The notes: generated from the sequence alone by a model not told the origin. 48,507 nucleotides of DNA from Tolypothrix carrinoi HA7290-LM1 (GCA_019358935.1 JAHHIK010000065.1:1-48507); one strand, 5' to 3'; numbered from the stretch's first letter, positions 21,279 to 32,487 are shown. Translations and numbers: made by a program.

Positions 21279-21776
21279 CTACTTTGCTTCTGTAATTTCT
21301 AGAGTGTAAGGGAGATACCTGTTTTTGTGGTAGGAACCAATCCAAATCTTGTAAGTTCCAGGAAGCCATTCGCCAACAATGCCGGGATTTTCGCCGTCAA
21401 ACTCATCATTACACCAACTGCCGCCAGGTCCAGTGACAATCAGTGTAGTATCTTCCGGACTGTCTACTTCTAACTTCAGGTAGTCGAATCTAGTTGTTAG
21501 CTCCAAGGTATGATCTGGTTCTTCATCCACAAACCCAGTACAGGGACCCGTAGCAGTTTCTGATCTTCCAGCGACTCTTCTAGCACGTATGGAACCACCA
21601 CTCATACCTCGAACTACCAGGGGGTCTGGGGAAAACCTGCCGCCAACACGAATATCTCCAAATATGGGCGGTGGCACTTCTTGAGCATAAGCTACAGTAT
21701 TAATTGCTGATGCCACTAAAAGCGTAACTATCGTGAACGATAATCTTATCCCTCTATTTAGTAATGTTTTCGGCAT
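21279..21776 (-). CDS. secreted hypothetical protein (PPC-like beta-sandwich)
   Basis: Signal peptide ending AYA-Q; DTTLIVTGPGGSWCND and PGTYKIWIGS. Confidence 0.7.
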   Translation of the reverse strand: MPKTLLNRGIRLSFTIVTLLVASAINTVAYAQEVPPPIFGDIRVGGRFSPDPLVVRGMSGGSIRARRVAGRSETATGPCTGFVDEEPDHTLELTTRFDYLKLEVDSPEDTTLIVTGPGGSWCNDEFDGENPGIVGEWLPGTYKIWIGSYHKNRYLPYTLEITEAK

Positions 21777-22031
21777 TTTGTTTACAGGAATTTTCTAAGT
21801 GTTTTTTAAGACACTAATTTTACACGCCAAGTTCCCAAGACGCGAGTAATTGACTACTTAATTTAGATTCGGAATTATTTATTATTCAGTAATGCTGACT
21901 CCGAAAGTTTTTTATCTTCTTTATTATTTATTCTCTACCAAGACTTAGCATTCAGGACTTTCTACTGTTACGAATGATTAGGGGCGTACAAACGTCCGCC
22001 CCCACAATGCCGACAAGAAAGCAAGTAATGG

Positions 22032-23474
22032 CTAATTACTTTTTGGTATAGCCTCAGTCAAGCGCGGTTTATCTAAATTAATTCGATTAAGTAGTAACCA
22101 CGATTGAATTAAGTCCGGACCGTGAACATCTCCAGTTAAAGCGGCACGGAGACTACGCATTACCAAACCTTTCTTGACATTTTGCTGTTTAACTACCTGT
22201 TTGATAATGTCTTGGGCGCTAGATTCACTCAGTTGCTGATTATCAACAGCAGCGATAATTCCCTGTAATGCCGCACCAACACCATCTTGCGTTAGTTGAG
22301 CCACTGCTTCATCACTAAATGGTACTGTTTCGCTGAAAAACAGTTGGCTCATCGCTACCGCATCTGTCAAACGAGTCATGCTCGGCTGAATTAAAGCAAC
22401 TAGCTGCTCTAACCAAGAACGTTCTCGTCCTTGGTCAAATTTATACCCTTCTTTCTCCCAATAGGGAATAATCAAATCTGTCAATTTATCTACTGGCATT
22501 GGGTGGATATACTGACTGTTCAACCAATCCAGTTTTGCCCAGTCAAATTTCGCCCCTGCTTTATTCACACGCTCAAAGCTAAACTGCTTGGCGGCTTCTT
22601 CTAAGGTGAAGATTTCCTGCGTTGAGTCTGGAGCTGACCAACCCAATAAGGTCATGTAATTTACTAAAGCTTCGGGGGTGAAGCCCATTTGCTTGAAGTC
22701 AAAGATGGAAGTTACACCGTCCCGTTTGGAAAGCTTGCGCCCATCGATGTTCAAAATTAGGGGTGTGTGGGCAAATTCTGGAACTTTTGCGCCAAAGGCT
22801 TCATAAAGCAGAATTTGTTTGGCGGTGTTGGCTATGTGGTCTTCTCCTCGGATGACGTGGCTGATTTGCATATCCATGTCATCAACTACAACCGCAAAAT
22901 TGTACAGTGGCTGACCAATTCCATCTTCTGCGGCACGAGCGATGACCATATCACCACCCAAATCGCTGCCTTGCCAACTCATGTTTCCCCGTACCAGGTC
23001 ATTCCAAACAATTTCCCGGTCGTCTTCAATTTTGAAGCGAATCACAAAGCTACGCCCTTCGGCTTCAAAAGCTGCTTGTTGTTCTGGGGTGAGGTTGCGA
23101 TGACGGTTGTCGTAGCGGGGAGCCTCGTTTCTGGCTTTTTGAGCTTCTCGCAAAGCCTCTAGTTCTTCGGAGGTGGTGTAGCAGCGATAAGCCAACTGTT
23201 TATCTAGCAAGCTTTTTACTGCTTCTTTGTAGATATCCAGGCGTTGGGATTGGAAAAATGGTCCTTCATCCCAATTTAATCCTAACCAGCGCAGTCCCTC
23301 TAGGATATTTTCGCTATATTCGGGGCGCGATCGCTCGACATCTGTATCTTCGATTCTCAGAATAAATTTGCCGCCTTGGTGACGGGCAAATAACCAGTTA
23401 AATACAGCGGTTCTCGCCGCACCAATATGCAAATTCCCAGTTGGACTCGGAGCAAGACGTACTCTGACAGTCAC
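22032..23474 (-). CDS. gltX: glutamate--tRNA ligase
   Basis: [11 protein letters not shown] (HIGH motif), [20 protein letters not shown]. Confidence 0.97.
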   Translation of the reverse strand: MTVRVRLAPSPTGNLHIGAARTAVFNWLFARHQGGKFILRIEDTDVERSRPEYSENILEGLRWLGLNWDEGPFFQSQRLDIYKEAVKSLLDKQLAYRCYTTSEELEALREAQKARNEAPRYDNRHRNLTPEQQAAFEAEGRSFVIRFKIEDDREIVWNDLVRGNMSWQGSDLGGDMVIARAAEDGIGQPLYNFAVVVDDMDMQISHVIRGEDHIANTAKQILLYEAFGAKVPEFAHTPLILNIDGRKLSKRDGVTSIFDFKQMGFTPEALVNYMTLLGWSAPDSTQEIFTLEEAAKQFSFERVNKAGAKFDWAKLDWLNSQYIHPMPVDKLTDLIIPYWEKEGYKFDQGRERSWLEQLVALIQPSMTRLTDAVAMSQLFFSETVPFSDEAVAQLTQDGVGAALQGIIAAVDNQQLSESSAQDIIKQVVKQQNVKKGLVMRSLRAALTGDVHGPDLIQSWLLLNRINLDKPRLTEAIPKSN

Positions 23475-23550
23475 AGCAAATTCTCTCTTCGCTAAAGCAT
23501 GATTAATGTAGCTTAGATTTTATATTTATATTCAATCCAAACTAATTTAA

Positions 23551-23624
23551 CGGGACTGACGGGGCTCGAACCCGCAACTTCCGCCGTGACAGGGCGGTGC
23601 TCTAACCAATTGAACTACAGTCCC
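23551..23624 (-). tRNA. trnD: tRNA-Asp(GUC), CCA not encoded
   Basis: Reverse complement reads GGGACTGTAGTTCAATTGGTTAGAGCACCGCCCT-GTC-ACGGCGGAAGTTGCGGGTTCGAGCCCCGTCAGTCCCG. Confidence 0.97.
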
Positions 23625-23697
23625 TTAATTGGCAGCTTCCCTATTATGCCTATTCTATAGCTATTTGTCAAGGGTTTTTTTGAAATTAATTATTTGT

Positions 23698-23935
23698 TGG
23701 GGAATTGGTAATGGGGAATGGGGCATTGGGCATGGGGCATGGGGAATGGGGAATGGGGAATGGGGAATGGTGAGTCCAGCGAGAAAGGGAGGGTTTCCCT
23801 CGTGCCGGCTCTGGCTCTCCCGTTGGGGGAATGGGTAATGGGGAACGCGGTAATCGGTAATGAAAAAACAATTACCAATGCCCTATGCCCTATGCCCAAT
23901 GCCCTATGCCCAATGCCCCATTCCCCATTACCCAA
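23698..23935. repeat. STRR heptamer tracts in inverted arrangement with an embedded GC-rich dispersed repeat
   Basis: (GGGGAAT/GGGGCAT)n, then the insert GAGTCCAGCGAGAAAGGGAGGGTTTCCCTC..., then (ATGCCCT/ATGCCCA)n. Confidence 0.85.
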
Positions 23936-25505
23936 TCTGTGGCGTTGATGTCAGATGCCGCAATATATGAGATTGCATTTTTTTATACTCTTGTTTTAAG
24001 AGGTTTTTACTCAACTGGGGCAAAGATGAGGGGGGTAAGCTTTGACTGTGTTCTACCCAGGTTTTCAACATTTGCCGCTGAGTTGGATCGATGCGACTAC
24101 TAATCACGTAAAGGCAGGAATGGGGTGCTTCTAAAGTAAAGAAAATCAGAGCATAGCGTTCATTTTCCGCTAATGAAGACACTAGTCTATGATTTTGGGG
24201 ATTTTGCATATCCAGGTAGCAAGGAAGCCACTTGGGTTCGAGTCCTTTGTTATAAAGTACAGTCAGCCACAGCAGCATCGGATGGGGAGATGTGACAAAA
24301 ATAAATTGGTTGTAACGAGTACAAAAAGCGCGGTTGTTTATCTCTTTTTTAGACATCATCAGCGATAGTGCTGCGAATCCTTGTTCAACGTTGAGAAGTT
24401 GAGGAAAAACAATTTCCTGAATTGGTTTGTCTTGGGGCCAAAATAGTTGACAACAGGCTTTTTCTACTATTAAAGGTAAGCCAGAACCCAAGGGGAGGGG
24501 GAGAGGGGGGGAGGGGGGGAAGGGGAGAGGGGGAGGGGGAGATGGGGGGGATAAGGGAGTGATACTAGCGGTGTACTCTGCTTTGATTAAAGTCGCAGGC
24601 AAGCCGAGATAAGTGGACGGATCTAGTTTTTCTAAGATGTTTAGGACTTGGGTAATATTTTGGGGACGCGAGTCAGGTGCTTTGGCAAGACAAGCCATGA
24701 TTAAATCATCAAGCTCTTTGGGCAGTTTGAGGTTGGGATTAATATCGGCGATCGCTCTTGGAGCCTCAAAGTGATGTGCTTTATACCATGCGCCAAATAA
24801 GTCGGTTTCTGGTTGCCAAGGTTTTTTACCTGTAAGCATTTCATACATTGTTACACCCAGACTATAAATATCAGAGCGATTATCTAATTTTTCTCCTTCT
24901 AATTGTTCTGGGGAACAGTAGGGCAAAGTGCCATTAAATCCTCTATTTGTGCTGGTTGTTGCTGAAGAATTTAAAAATTTAGCAATTCCAAAGTCTAAAA
25001 TTTTTGCTAACTGACCTAATATCGGATCGGGTATAACTAATATATTGGCTGGTTTAATATCTCTATGAACTAGCTGATAAATTTCTTCGTCAATGTTAAT
25101 TCCTTCATGAGCGCATTGTAAGCCCAAACAAATCTGTCGTCCAAGAGTAATAAACATCGCCAAAGGTATAGGAATTAAATCCTTTAAACTCTTGCCGCAC
25201 AGATATTCCATGACGTAGAATGGTTTGCCTTGTTCACTCACGCCGTAATCATGTGCCCGGACTATATGTAAGCTTTTTTGACTTAAAACTGCACAAGTAC
25301 GAGCTTCACGGGCAAAGTCCTCTTGCATCTGAGGATTTGAAACCGTTTGAGAAAGGAACTTGATGGCAACTGGTATTCCCCCTAACAAGATGTCCGAAGC
25401 TAAAAATACTTCACCCATACCTCCCTTGCCAATTAACTGCTTAAGTTGATAACGATTGGCAAGCAATTCAGTCTTATTCGGACAAGCAAATGCACTTTGA
25501 TTCAC
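23928..25505 (-). CDS. Hanks-type Ser/Thr protein kinase (SpkA-like)
   Basis: GKGGMGEV, VAIK, HRDIKPAN, DFG, YCSPE, DIYSLG; C-terminal domain shared with the neighbouring kinase. Confidence 0.92.
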   Translation of the reverse strand: MNQSAFACPNKTELLANRYQLKQLIGKGGMGEVFLASDILLGGIPVAIKFLSQTVSNPQMQEDFAREARTCAVLSQKSLHIVRAHDYGVSEQGKPFYVMEYLCGKSLKDLIPIPLAMFITLGRQICLGLQCAHEGINIDEEIYQLVHRDIKPANILVIPDPILGQLAKILDFGIAKFLNSSATTSTNRGFNGTLPYCSPEQLEGEKLDNRSDIYSLGVTMYEMLTGKKPWQPETDLFGAWYKAHHFEAPRAIADINPNLKLPKELDDLIMACLAKAPDSRPQNITQVLNILEKLDPSTYLGLPATLIKAEYTASITPLSPPSPPPPLPFPPSPPLPLPLGSGLPLIVEKACCQLFWPQDKPIQEIVFPQLLNVEQGFAALSLMMSKKEINNRAFCTRYNQFIFVTSPHPMLLWLTVLYNKGLEPKWLPCYLDMQNPQNHRLVSSLAENERYALIFFTLEAPHSCLYVISSRIDPTQRQMLKTWVEHSQSLPPSSLPQLSKNLLKQEYKKMQSHILRHLTSTPQIG

Positions 25506-25697
25506 TTTTCAAACCTCTGCGCTTTCGCAATTAAAAAATTAAATATTATCTCAATCAACCTACTTAAGAATTATTAATTCATAATTCATAATTAAAGAGA
25601 GTTTGTACCCAGTGCCTCCTCTAAGCATTTTTGTTTCAGGTGGGGTCTAAATCCCCTCAAGTACATAATGCGTGAATTATGAATTATGAATTATGAA

Positions 25698-27326
25698 TTA
25701 TGCTATATTTTCCGGACGCAATAAAAAATTTACTAAATTATAAAATACTTTAAAGAGCCAATTTTTTACATTGACTTTGCTGTTGTTTTTATTGAGTGCT
25801 AACTTTCGTAAAATTTCTGGTTTGATTTTTTCGTACTCTGCTTTCAGAATAACTTTGGCTTGATTGGAATTAATAACTTCAGGGGAATTTTGACTAAGCT
25901 CTAACCAATCTGCAAGTTGCTGACGCTGGTGGCTATTGAGAGTTAAAGTCTTGACATGAGCGCAGTGAGTTGGTTCTTCAAAAGCGAAAAATAGCAGATG
26001 ATAGTAGCCAGTCTCTGCTAATATCTGCACTATTTTTTGTCCTCTACTATCTTTCATATCCAAGAAATAAGACAACCACCGCGTTAAAGGCAGATCGGGA
26101 TTATGTAAAATTGTTGTCCACAAGATCATTGGATAGATGTTCATTTTAGATATAAAGTCAGTGCCATTTGTTTTATCTATAAATTTGCTAATTTCTTTTT
26201 TGGGTAACATTGCCCAAAAAGTTGGGATGGTTCCTTGAGGAGTGTGTAGTAAATGTGGAAAACCAATTGGTGCAATTGGTTTATTTTTGGGCCAAATTTG
26301 GTGCAAACACTCTTTTTCTGATACTGAGGTAAAAGGTATTAATTGCACGGTTGATGAACTTTCCAAGTTGCTGCTATTGGAGATATTATCATTCAACTGT
26401 GTTTTTACCTTTTCTAAGGTTGTTAAAATTTCGCTGATATTTCGTGGGCGATCGCTCGCGTCTTTAGCTAAACAACTTATTACTAATTGTTCTAATTTCT
26501 GGGGAATTTTGACTTGAGGATTCACTTCCTCAAAGGTTGGTGGTATTTGAAAGCGATGAGCTTGATACCAAGTGCCAAAGAATTGGCTTGTTGTGTAAAA
26601 TGGATGCTTCCCTGTTAGCATCTCAAACATCAACACTCCTAAACTGTAAATATCAGAACGCATATCCAGCAGTTTACGTCCTTCTATATGTTCTGGAGAA
26701 CAGTAAGGTAAACTGCCAATAAATGAATCTGTAAGTGTCATACCGGCACGCTCTGTTAAAAACTTGGCGATACCAAAATCAAGAATTTTTACTATTGCTC
26801 CAACTTTCACATCTTCAACGATGAATATGTTTTCTGGTTTAATATCTCGGTGAACAACCGGATAAATCTCTCCTTTGAGGGTGATACCTTGATGAGCGCA
26901 CTGTAACCCTAAACAAATTTGATGACAAAAATCTAAAAACTGCGCTACTGTTAATGTTTCATTTTTTAAAAAATTTTTTAAATTTTTACCTGGAAGATAT
27001 TCCATTACACAGAAGGGAATTTTTTCTTCGGTAATTCCGTAGCTCAACACCCGGACAATATGTTTACTTTTGCGACCTAATTGAGCTCCAATAAAAATTT
27101 CTCTAACAAAGCGCTGGGACATTTGCTGATTTACCAGACTCAATGAGAGAATTTTGACTGCAACTGCCATCCCCCCCTTTGCAGCGTCTTCTGCTAGGTA
27201 AACTCTACCCATACCCCCTTTGCCAATTAAATCTCTTATTAAATATCGATTATTTAAAAATTTTCCTATATAAGCATCTAATTCTTTTTTTGGCGTTACC
27301 ATAATATTAATTTTATTGGCGACCAT
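25698..27326 (-). CDS. Hanks-type Ser/Thr protein kinase, tandem paralog
   Basis: GKGGMGRV, VAVK, HRDIKPEN, DFG, YCSPE; the WPKNKPIAPIGFP C-terminal domain resembles that of the neighbour. Confidence 0.92.
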   Translation of the reverse strand: MVANKINIMVTPKKELDAYIGKFLNNRYLIRDLIGKGGMGRVYLAEDAAKGGMAVAVKILSLSLVNQQMSQRFVREIFIGAQLGRKSKHIVRVLSYGITEEKIPFCVMEYLPGKNLKNFLKNETLTVAQFLDFCHQICLGLQCAHQGITLKGEIYPVVHRDIKPENIFIVEDVKVGAIVKILDFGIAKFLTERAGMTLTDSFIGSLPYCSPEHIEGRKLLDMRSDIYSLGVLMFEMLTGKHPFYTTSQFFGTWYQAHRFQIPPTFEEVNPQVKIPQKLEQLVISCLAKDASDRPRNISEILTTLEKVKTQLNDNISNSSNLESSSTVQLIPFTSVSEKECLHQIWPKNKPIAPIGFPHLLHTPQGTIPTFWAMLPKKEISKFIDKTNGTDFISKMNIYPMILWTTILHNPDLPLTRWLSYFLDMKDSRGQKIVQILAETGYYHLLFFAFEEPTHCAHVKTLTLNSHQRQQLADWLELSQNSPEVINSNQAKVILKAEYEKIKPEILRKLALNKNNSKVNVKNWLFKVFYNLVNFLLRPENIA

Positions 27327-27442
27327 AAAAATATTTGTTTAATAATCAATTAATAATACATTCTTTTTAATACCTAATTTTATGTCCTAAAAAGATAAAG
27401 TATTTTATAGACTCAATTAGGTAAGATGAAAAATAACATAAA

Positions 27443-27806
27443 CAGGACTTACGCAACTGGCACAGCGCGATCACAACCTTAAAGACTGCGGCTATTACCG
27501 AAGCCTTTCACAGCTTATTTGCTCCTACTACTCACTTTCCAGACCAAAACTTGCTCATTTCTTGCTCACTTTTCTAATTTACAGATTTAGTAATTTTTCG
27601 TATTACGTTTATAATACATTTTTCCGTATTTCAGGTATGTTGCTCAACCTGCCGCTATTTAGAGAAATGGTATTACCAGGACGGGAGCAACTGGCACAGC
27701 GCGATCACAACCTTAACGTCCGGATGTTCCCATGCTTATCGTTTAGTTGTTGGGCGCTCGGCGCAGCATAGCCGCGCCATTGCTTGTGACAGTTGCGTAA
27801 GTCCTG
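27443..27806. mobile_element. 364-bp non-autonomous IS derivative (MITE)
   Basis: 22-bp TIRs CAGGACTTACGCAACTGGCACA / TGTGACAGTTGCGTAAGTCCTG (one mismatch); no transposase ORF inside. Confidence 0.75.
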
Positions 27807-28010
27807 ATAAATAAAGGTGAATGTTTGATAAAACCACGCTGGATCTCTATGTAAAAGCTTTTAAACATTGTGTAACATATTTATTAAGCAATGCGGATGA
27901 GAAATTATACGGAAACGGAACGCAAGGTTAATTAAATTGTTTATTTGTGACCATAAATACACTGATAAAAGAAATTGAAGATTAGGTATTCTACTAACAC
28001 GACACAGCAG

Positions 28011-29204
28011 TTAGCGCTTGAAGTTCGGCGGGATTAAACGGCGTAGTAACCTCATGAGCCTTGGTTCCATCTTGAGTCTAAAGGCTAGTATTTGAGTGCG
28101 TTGCAGAGAATTGAAATTGTTGTCGCTGACAAGAATTAATGAGGGCTGTCCATCAGGTAGTTTTGAACCAAAAGTTAAACCTTCGATGTTGTCTAGCAAC
28201 ACGTCTAATTTTCTTAAATCTAATAGTAGTTTTTTCTGAACTGGTTTAATGTTTTTAATATCAGCTTGCTTCATACTGTCGATATTATGAATGTCATCGG
28301 CTTCTTCTAAGGAAACCTGAAATAAAGCAATATAAAACCCTAAGCCTGTAAAACTCCGCTCTAAACTAAGTAAGTTACCTCGATTATCAACAGCAAGTAA
28401 ATCAGGTAAACCGCTAGTAAAATGTTTAGTAATATCCAAAAGCGGTGCGACTGGTTCAGTCTGATAAAGAAATTCTTTTTCTAGCTGCTTGGTGAGCAGG
28501 TTATATTGCAAAATACGGCAAGGACTGCTAGTATTTGCTTTGGCTTCTGAACCATCTTGAATTAATGCATTTTCGGTGGCTGTAAACAGTTTCTTTTCGT
28601 TGGGTGTGATGGTGAGGCTTTCAAACGCCAAGTTGTTACGAATACCTTGCTTACCATTTTTATCTGGTAAAAACTTTTGAGGTATTGGTAATGTTGTAAT
28701 TTCTTTGCCAGAAGATAATAAGAATTCTTTAATAAAAGGATTGATTAATTGGCTAACATCGCCTTCAGAAGAAATAAATACAGTATCTTTACTAGTTAAA
28801 GCAATACCTTCTGTGTCTGTCTCACCAGATGGGAACTTCTGACCATTTTCGTTTAACAATGTAGTAACGCCCACGGGAACAATGCCGCCATTTGCCAATT
28901 TACCTTTGCTCAGGTCTATTTTTAGGGTGTAAAATCGTGCGGGAGCTTTTTTACTACGGTCATCGGATATGACGTAATAAAGGTTTTTTTTGGGGTCGTA
29001 TGTAATTCCTGATAATCCCCCGATTAGGGTTTTTTGGAAAGTTATATTCTTTGGTAAAGTAGCTTGTCCGATAAAATCTATGTCTGTTATCTCGACAGCG
29101 TTGATGGGTAAGTTGTGGAAAAAGAATAAGATGCTGATGACGAGAATTGGGATACAAAAGTAGATAATTGGCGGCAAGGTTAATAATTTTTTAATTAGCT
29201 GCAT
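28011..29204 (-). CDS. esterase-like activity of phytase family protein
   Basis: IGGLSGITYD, YYVISDD, DTEGIA, RNNLAFESLT, LDNIEGLTFG, LVSDNNF. Confidence 0.85.
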   Translation of the reverse strand: MQLIKKLLTLPPIIYFCIPILVISILFFFHNLPINAVEITDIDFIGQATLPKNITFQKTLIGGLSGITYDPKKNLYYVISDDRSKKAPARFYTLKIDLSKGKLANGGIVPVGVTTLLNENGQKFPSGETDTEGIALTSKDTVFISSEGDVSQLINPFIKEFLLSSGKEITTLPIPQKFLPDKNGKQGIRNNLAFESLTITPNEKKLFTATENALIQDGSEAKANTSSPCRILQYNLLTKQLEKEFLYQTEPVAPLLDITKHFTSGLPDLLAVDNRGNLLSLERSFTGLGFYIALFQVSLEEADDIHNIDSMKQADIKNIKPVQKKLLLDLRKLDVLLDNIEGLTFGSKLPDGQPSLILVSDNNFNSLQRTQILAFRLKMEPRLMRLLRRLIPPNFKR

Positions 29205-29509
29205 GGTAAGCTATTGTGAAAATTTAAAAGCCACAGATAGAATATCATAAATAGCTAATAACGAATATCTTCTATTAACTTAGATAAGTATAATTAAATA
29301 GAAAAAATATTTTTGTTCATAGTGAACGGTATTTTTGCTCTTGGCTTTTGGTAAGGGTTTTAAGCGGCTCAAACCCTTATTACTAACATTGGTTTATTTA
29401 CGCCTACCTGACTTTAAAATAAGGGAAAGGGTAAAGGGTAAAGGGAAAAAATAAATTTTAATGTGTCCTGCTGTACGCAGGAACTTGTTGGCTATTTAGT
29501 AATAAGCGC

Positions 29510-30982
29510 TTAATTAGAAAGAATTTTATGTTGACGAAGATAATATTCATTTTGAAAAAAGTTAGCTAGCCAGTCTTTAACATTGCGAGTGGCGCGACAG
29601 TCGTCTTCGTTGTAGCGTTGGATAATTTCTAGTAAGGTGCGATCGCCTGTTTCTAACCACCTATCGTACCAGTAAATACACTTAGCACCACTTGCCTCTG
29701 AATCCCGCCATTCAAATCTTAACCATTTAGCGATCGCTTTCAATGCATAGCTTTCTATCGGTAATGTAACACTTTGTATTAATTCTTCGTATACATCTAC
29801 AAATCGATTCAGTACAGGTGCTACATCTCGCTGCGGAGTGCGGTAAAGTCTCGCCAGTCGTTTGACTGTATCAAATTCGTAAATGCAGAAATGATAAATC
29901 GGCGCTTCGGGATATCGCCAAACTAATTCTAAAAATTGCTGCCAAATAATTTCTTCTTCCTCTGGCTTTTCTGCCAAGAAAGAATAAAATTTTTCGGTGT
30001 TGGCTTGTCTGTCAACGACCAAAACTCCTAAGAGATAATCTAAATTCAAGTCTGGCTGCGCTTCAATATCAAAGTAAATCTCGATGGGCGCTGTATATGT
30101 GATATCTTCTGTAGGTATCGCGTAAGGTAAGATAAACGGACGATTTTTGACTACAGATTCAGCTTGCACTACCAGCTTTAGCGCTACTTCGCTGTCAAAC
30201 CCAACCAAATTTTCTAGAACGCTTGGAAGAGTTTTCGCTAAAGATTCTACTGTTGTGATGGAAAGTGCTTGCAGTTGAGTGTAACGAAGGGGTGTGACTC
30301 CTGGTAATAGTGAAAGGTGTTTCTGAGAATGAGCGATCGCATAACAACTACTGTACCAGTGACAAAGATTACACTTCTGGCGGGCAATAAACACTTCTGG
30401 TGCTGCGGGTGATTCTAAAGTTTGAATAAACTCTTCTAAAATTGAGAGCATTTGCGGCGTCCATTTAGACAACTCCACCTCATAACTCGTCATTTTAGTA
30501 CGCAATATTAACCAGGCAGCCTCAGGTTCAACACCTTGCACCGTCGCCAACACTTGTGCGTGAAATGCTGCCGAAACTTGATATTCTTGTTTGGGACGCT
30601 TACCTAGTTCGATAGTCGTCGGCACATACATCCAATCTCCAAAACTTGACTGTCCGGGCTGTTTGAATAATAAATCGGGACGCGAAAGCAAAGTGTGTTC
30701 ACCATAAGTTATTAGCAACACTCCTTTATAAATGCAATCTACGCCTTGCTGCATTAATTCTACAGTCGCTGCCGCCCCAGCTTCCCAGTCTCCATAAGGA
30801 TAATCAGGTTCGTGATAACTCAACGGTGTCAAAATACTCTGTTGATGAGCGATTTTGTCTACATGCAGTTTTTGCAGCAAGTCATTAGGAGGATCTTGCT
30901 GCTTTTTATCACCGTGAATATCTAAAAAAGGTCGCCGCTTACACCGTTGGTATTGCAGCAGATGTTCAGCATTAATTAACAT
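29510..30982 (-). CDS. TM0106-family RecB-like nuclease with an RNase H-like C-terminal domain
   Basis: C.RR.FLD at the N-terminus, SRPDLL, CNLCHW..C, YFDIEA, SYALKAIA, YNEDDCRAT. Confidence 0.85.
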   Translation of the reverse strand: MLINAEHLLQYQRCKRRPFLDIHGDKKQQDPPNDLLQKLHVDKIAHQQSILTPLSYHEPDYPYGDWEAGAAATVELMQQGVDCIYKGVLLITYGEHTLLSRPDLLFKQPGQSSFGDWMYVPTTIELGKRPKQEYQVSAAFHAQVLATVQGVEPEAAWLILRTKMTSYEVELSKWTPQMLSILEEFIQTLESPAAPEVFIARQKCNLCHWYSSCYAIAHSQKHLSLLPGVTPLRYTQLQALSITTVESLAKTLPSVLENLVGFDSEVALKLVVQAESVVKNRPFILPYAIPTEDITYTAPIEIYFDIEAQPDLNLDYLLGVLVVDRQANTEKFYSFLAEKPEEEEIIWQQFLELVWRYPEAPIYHFCIYEFDTVKRLARLYRTPQRDVAPVLNRFVDVYEELIQSVTLPIESYALKAIAKWLRFEWRDSEASGAKCIYWYDRWLETGDRTLLEIIQRYNEDDCRATRNVKDWLANFFQNEYYLRQHKILSN

Positions 30983-31037
30983 TCCTTTAAGCTAACAAGA
31001 ATTAGCACTGATCGGAGTAATCTAGGCAAGAGCTGTT

Positions 31038-31297
31038 GGGAGGGGGAGGGGGAGAGGGGGGATGAGGGAGATGAGGGAGATGAGGGAGATGGGGGAGACA
31101 AGGGAGACAAGGGAGACAAGGGGGACAAGGGGGACAAGAAAGACTGGTTGTTAACAACCATCCACTAACAACCATCCACTAACAACCAACCACTAACAAC
31201 CATCCACTAACAACCATCCACTAACAACCAACCAATAACAACTAACCACTAACAACTAACCACTAACAACTAACAACTAACAACCAACCACTAACAA
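31038..31297. repeat. STRR tracts (GAGGGAGAT, GGAGACAAG, CAACCAT/CCACTAA/CAACTAA)
   Basis: Direct tandem 9-mer and 7-mer repeats fill the divergent intergenic region. Confidence 0.85.
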
Positions 31298-31299
31298 TT

Positions 31300-32487
31300 A
31301 TGACCAGTATTTCTACAGGACAAATTGAGTTGCATCGCCATCGTCAGCAATTTCCAGCTTTAGCTAATAAGACTTATTTTAACTATGGGGGACAGGGACC
31401 GATGCCGCAAAGGGCGCTGGATGCGATCGCCCAAGCGCAAATCCATATCCAGGATATAGGTCCTTTCAGTGGTGAGTTCTATCGCTGGTTGGTGCCAGAA
31501 TATAAAGCAGTAAAAGAGGCGATCGCACAGGAATTGAATGTCCCACCCGAAACAATCTCTCTCACGGAGGATGTAACTGTTGGTTGCAATATTGCTATGT
31601 GGGGTCTGGAGTGGCAAGCCGGCGACCATATGCTGCTCACAGACTGCGAACATCAAGGTATTGTGGCGATCGCACAAGAAATCGGGCGCAGGTTAAAAGT
31701 GGAAGTTACCACTTGTCCTGTGATGGCAACTTTAAATGAAGGCGATCCGGTTGATGCGATCGCCCAACACTTACGCCCTAATACTCGCTTGCTGGTGTTG
31801 AGTCATATCCTCTGGAACACGGGTCAAGTTTTGCCGCTTGACAAAATTGTGGAAGTGTGCAAAAAGAATGATGTGAGAATTCTCGTAGATGCGGCACAGT
31901 CTGTCGGTTCAATGCCTTTGAATTTAACTGAATTGGGGGCAGATTTTTATGCTTTCACGGGTCACAAGTGGTTGTGTGGTCCTGCGGGTGTGGGTGGTTT
32001 GTATGTGCGACCAGAAGCACTAGAAAGCCTGAAACCGACTTTTATTGGTTGGCGTAGCGTTGTTACAGATAGTCAAGGAAAACCTGGAGATTGGCATCCA
32101 GACGGACGACGTTATGAAGTGGCTACTTCAGATTTTCCGCTTTATGCTGGTTTAAGGGAAGCGATCGCTATTCATCACGAATGGGGAACACCTGAACAAC
32201 GTTATCAGGAAATTCGCCGTTTGAGTGAGTACCTTTGGCGAAGCTTGGCAACGCTACCCGATGTCAAATGTCTGCGGACTTCCCCACCAGAAAGCGGTTT
32301 AGTCTCGTTTCAACTGACAAATAACAAACCCCAAGCCAGCGTGCAACTGGTAAAGTTTTTAGAGTCACAAAAGATATTAACTCGAACAATTGCCGATCCA
32401 GATTGTGTACGCGCCTGCGTCCATTACTTTACACTAGAATCGGAAATCGACCAATTGATTGAAGAAATTCAGAGATTTTGTAAATAG
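31300..32487 (+). CDS. PLP-dependent class V aminotransferase / cystine C-S lyase (C-DES-like)
   Basis: YFNYGGQGP, SHILWNTGQ, VDAAQSVG, FTGHKWLCGP. Confidence 0.88.
   Translation: MTSISTGQIELHRHRQQFPALANKTYFNYGGQGPMPQRALDAIAQAQIHIQDIGPFSGEFYRWLVPEYKAVKEAIAQELNVPPETISLTEDVTVGCNIAMWGLEWQAGDHMLLTDCEHQGIVAIAQEIGRRLKVEVTTCPVMATLNEGDPVDAIAQHLRPNTRLLVLSHILWNTGQVLPLDKIVEVCKKNDVRILVDAAQSVGSMPLNLTELGADFYAFTGHKWLCGPAGVGGLYVRPEALESLKPTFIGWRSVVTDSQGKPGDWHPDGRRYEVATSDFPLYAGLREAIAIHHEWGTPEQRYQEIRRLSEYLWRSLATLPDVKCLRTSPPESGLVSFQLTNNKPQASVQLVKFLESQKILTRTIADPDCVRACVHYFTLESEIDQLIEEIQRFCK

Noticed and set aside
21055..21369. Several overlapping short ORFs (also at 23629-23948, 30976-31161 and 44566-44775)
   Set aside because: These are translations of STRR tandem repeats, which stay open in many frames; there is no evidence they code for proteins.
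23551..23624. tRNA-Asp as an integration site for an island
   Set aside because: There is no integrase and no duplicated tRNA 3' end in the window; the flanks are gltX and the kinases.
31038..31297. CRISPR-like array
   Set aside because: These are contiguous 7- and 9-mer tandem repeats with no unique spacers, and no cas genes are nearby.
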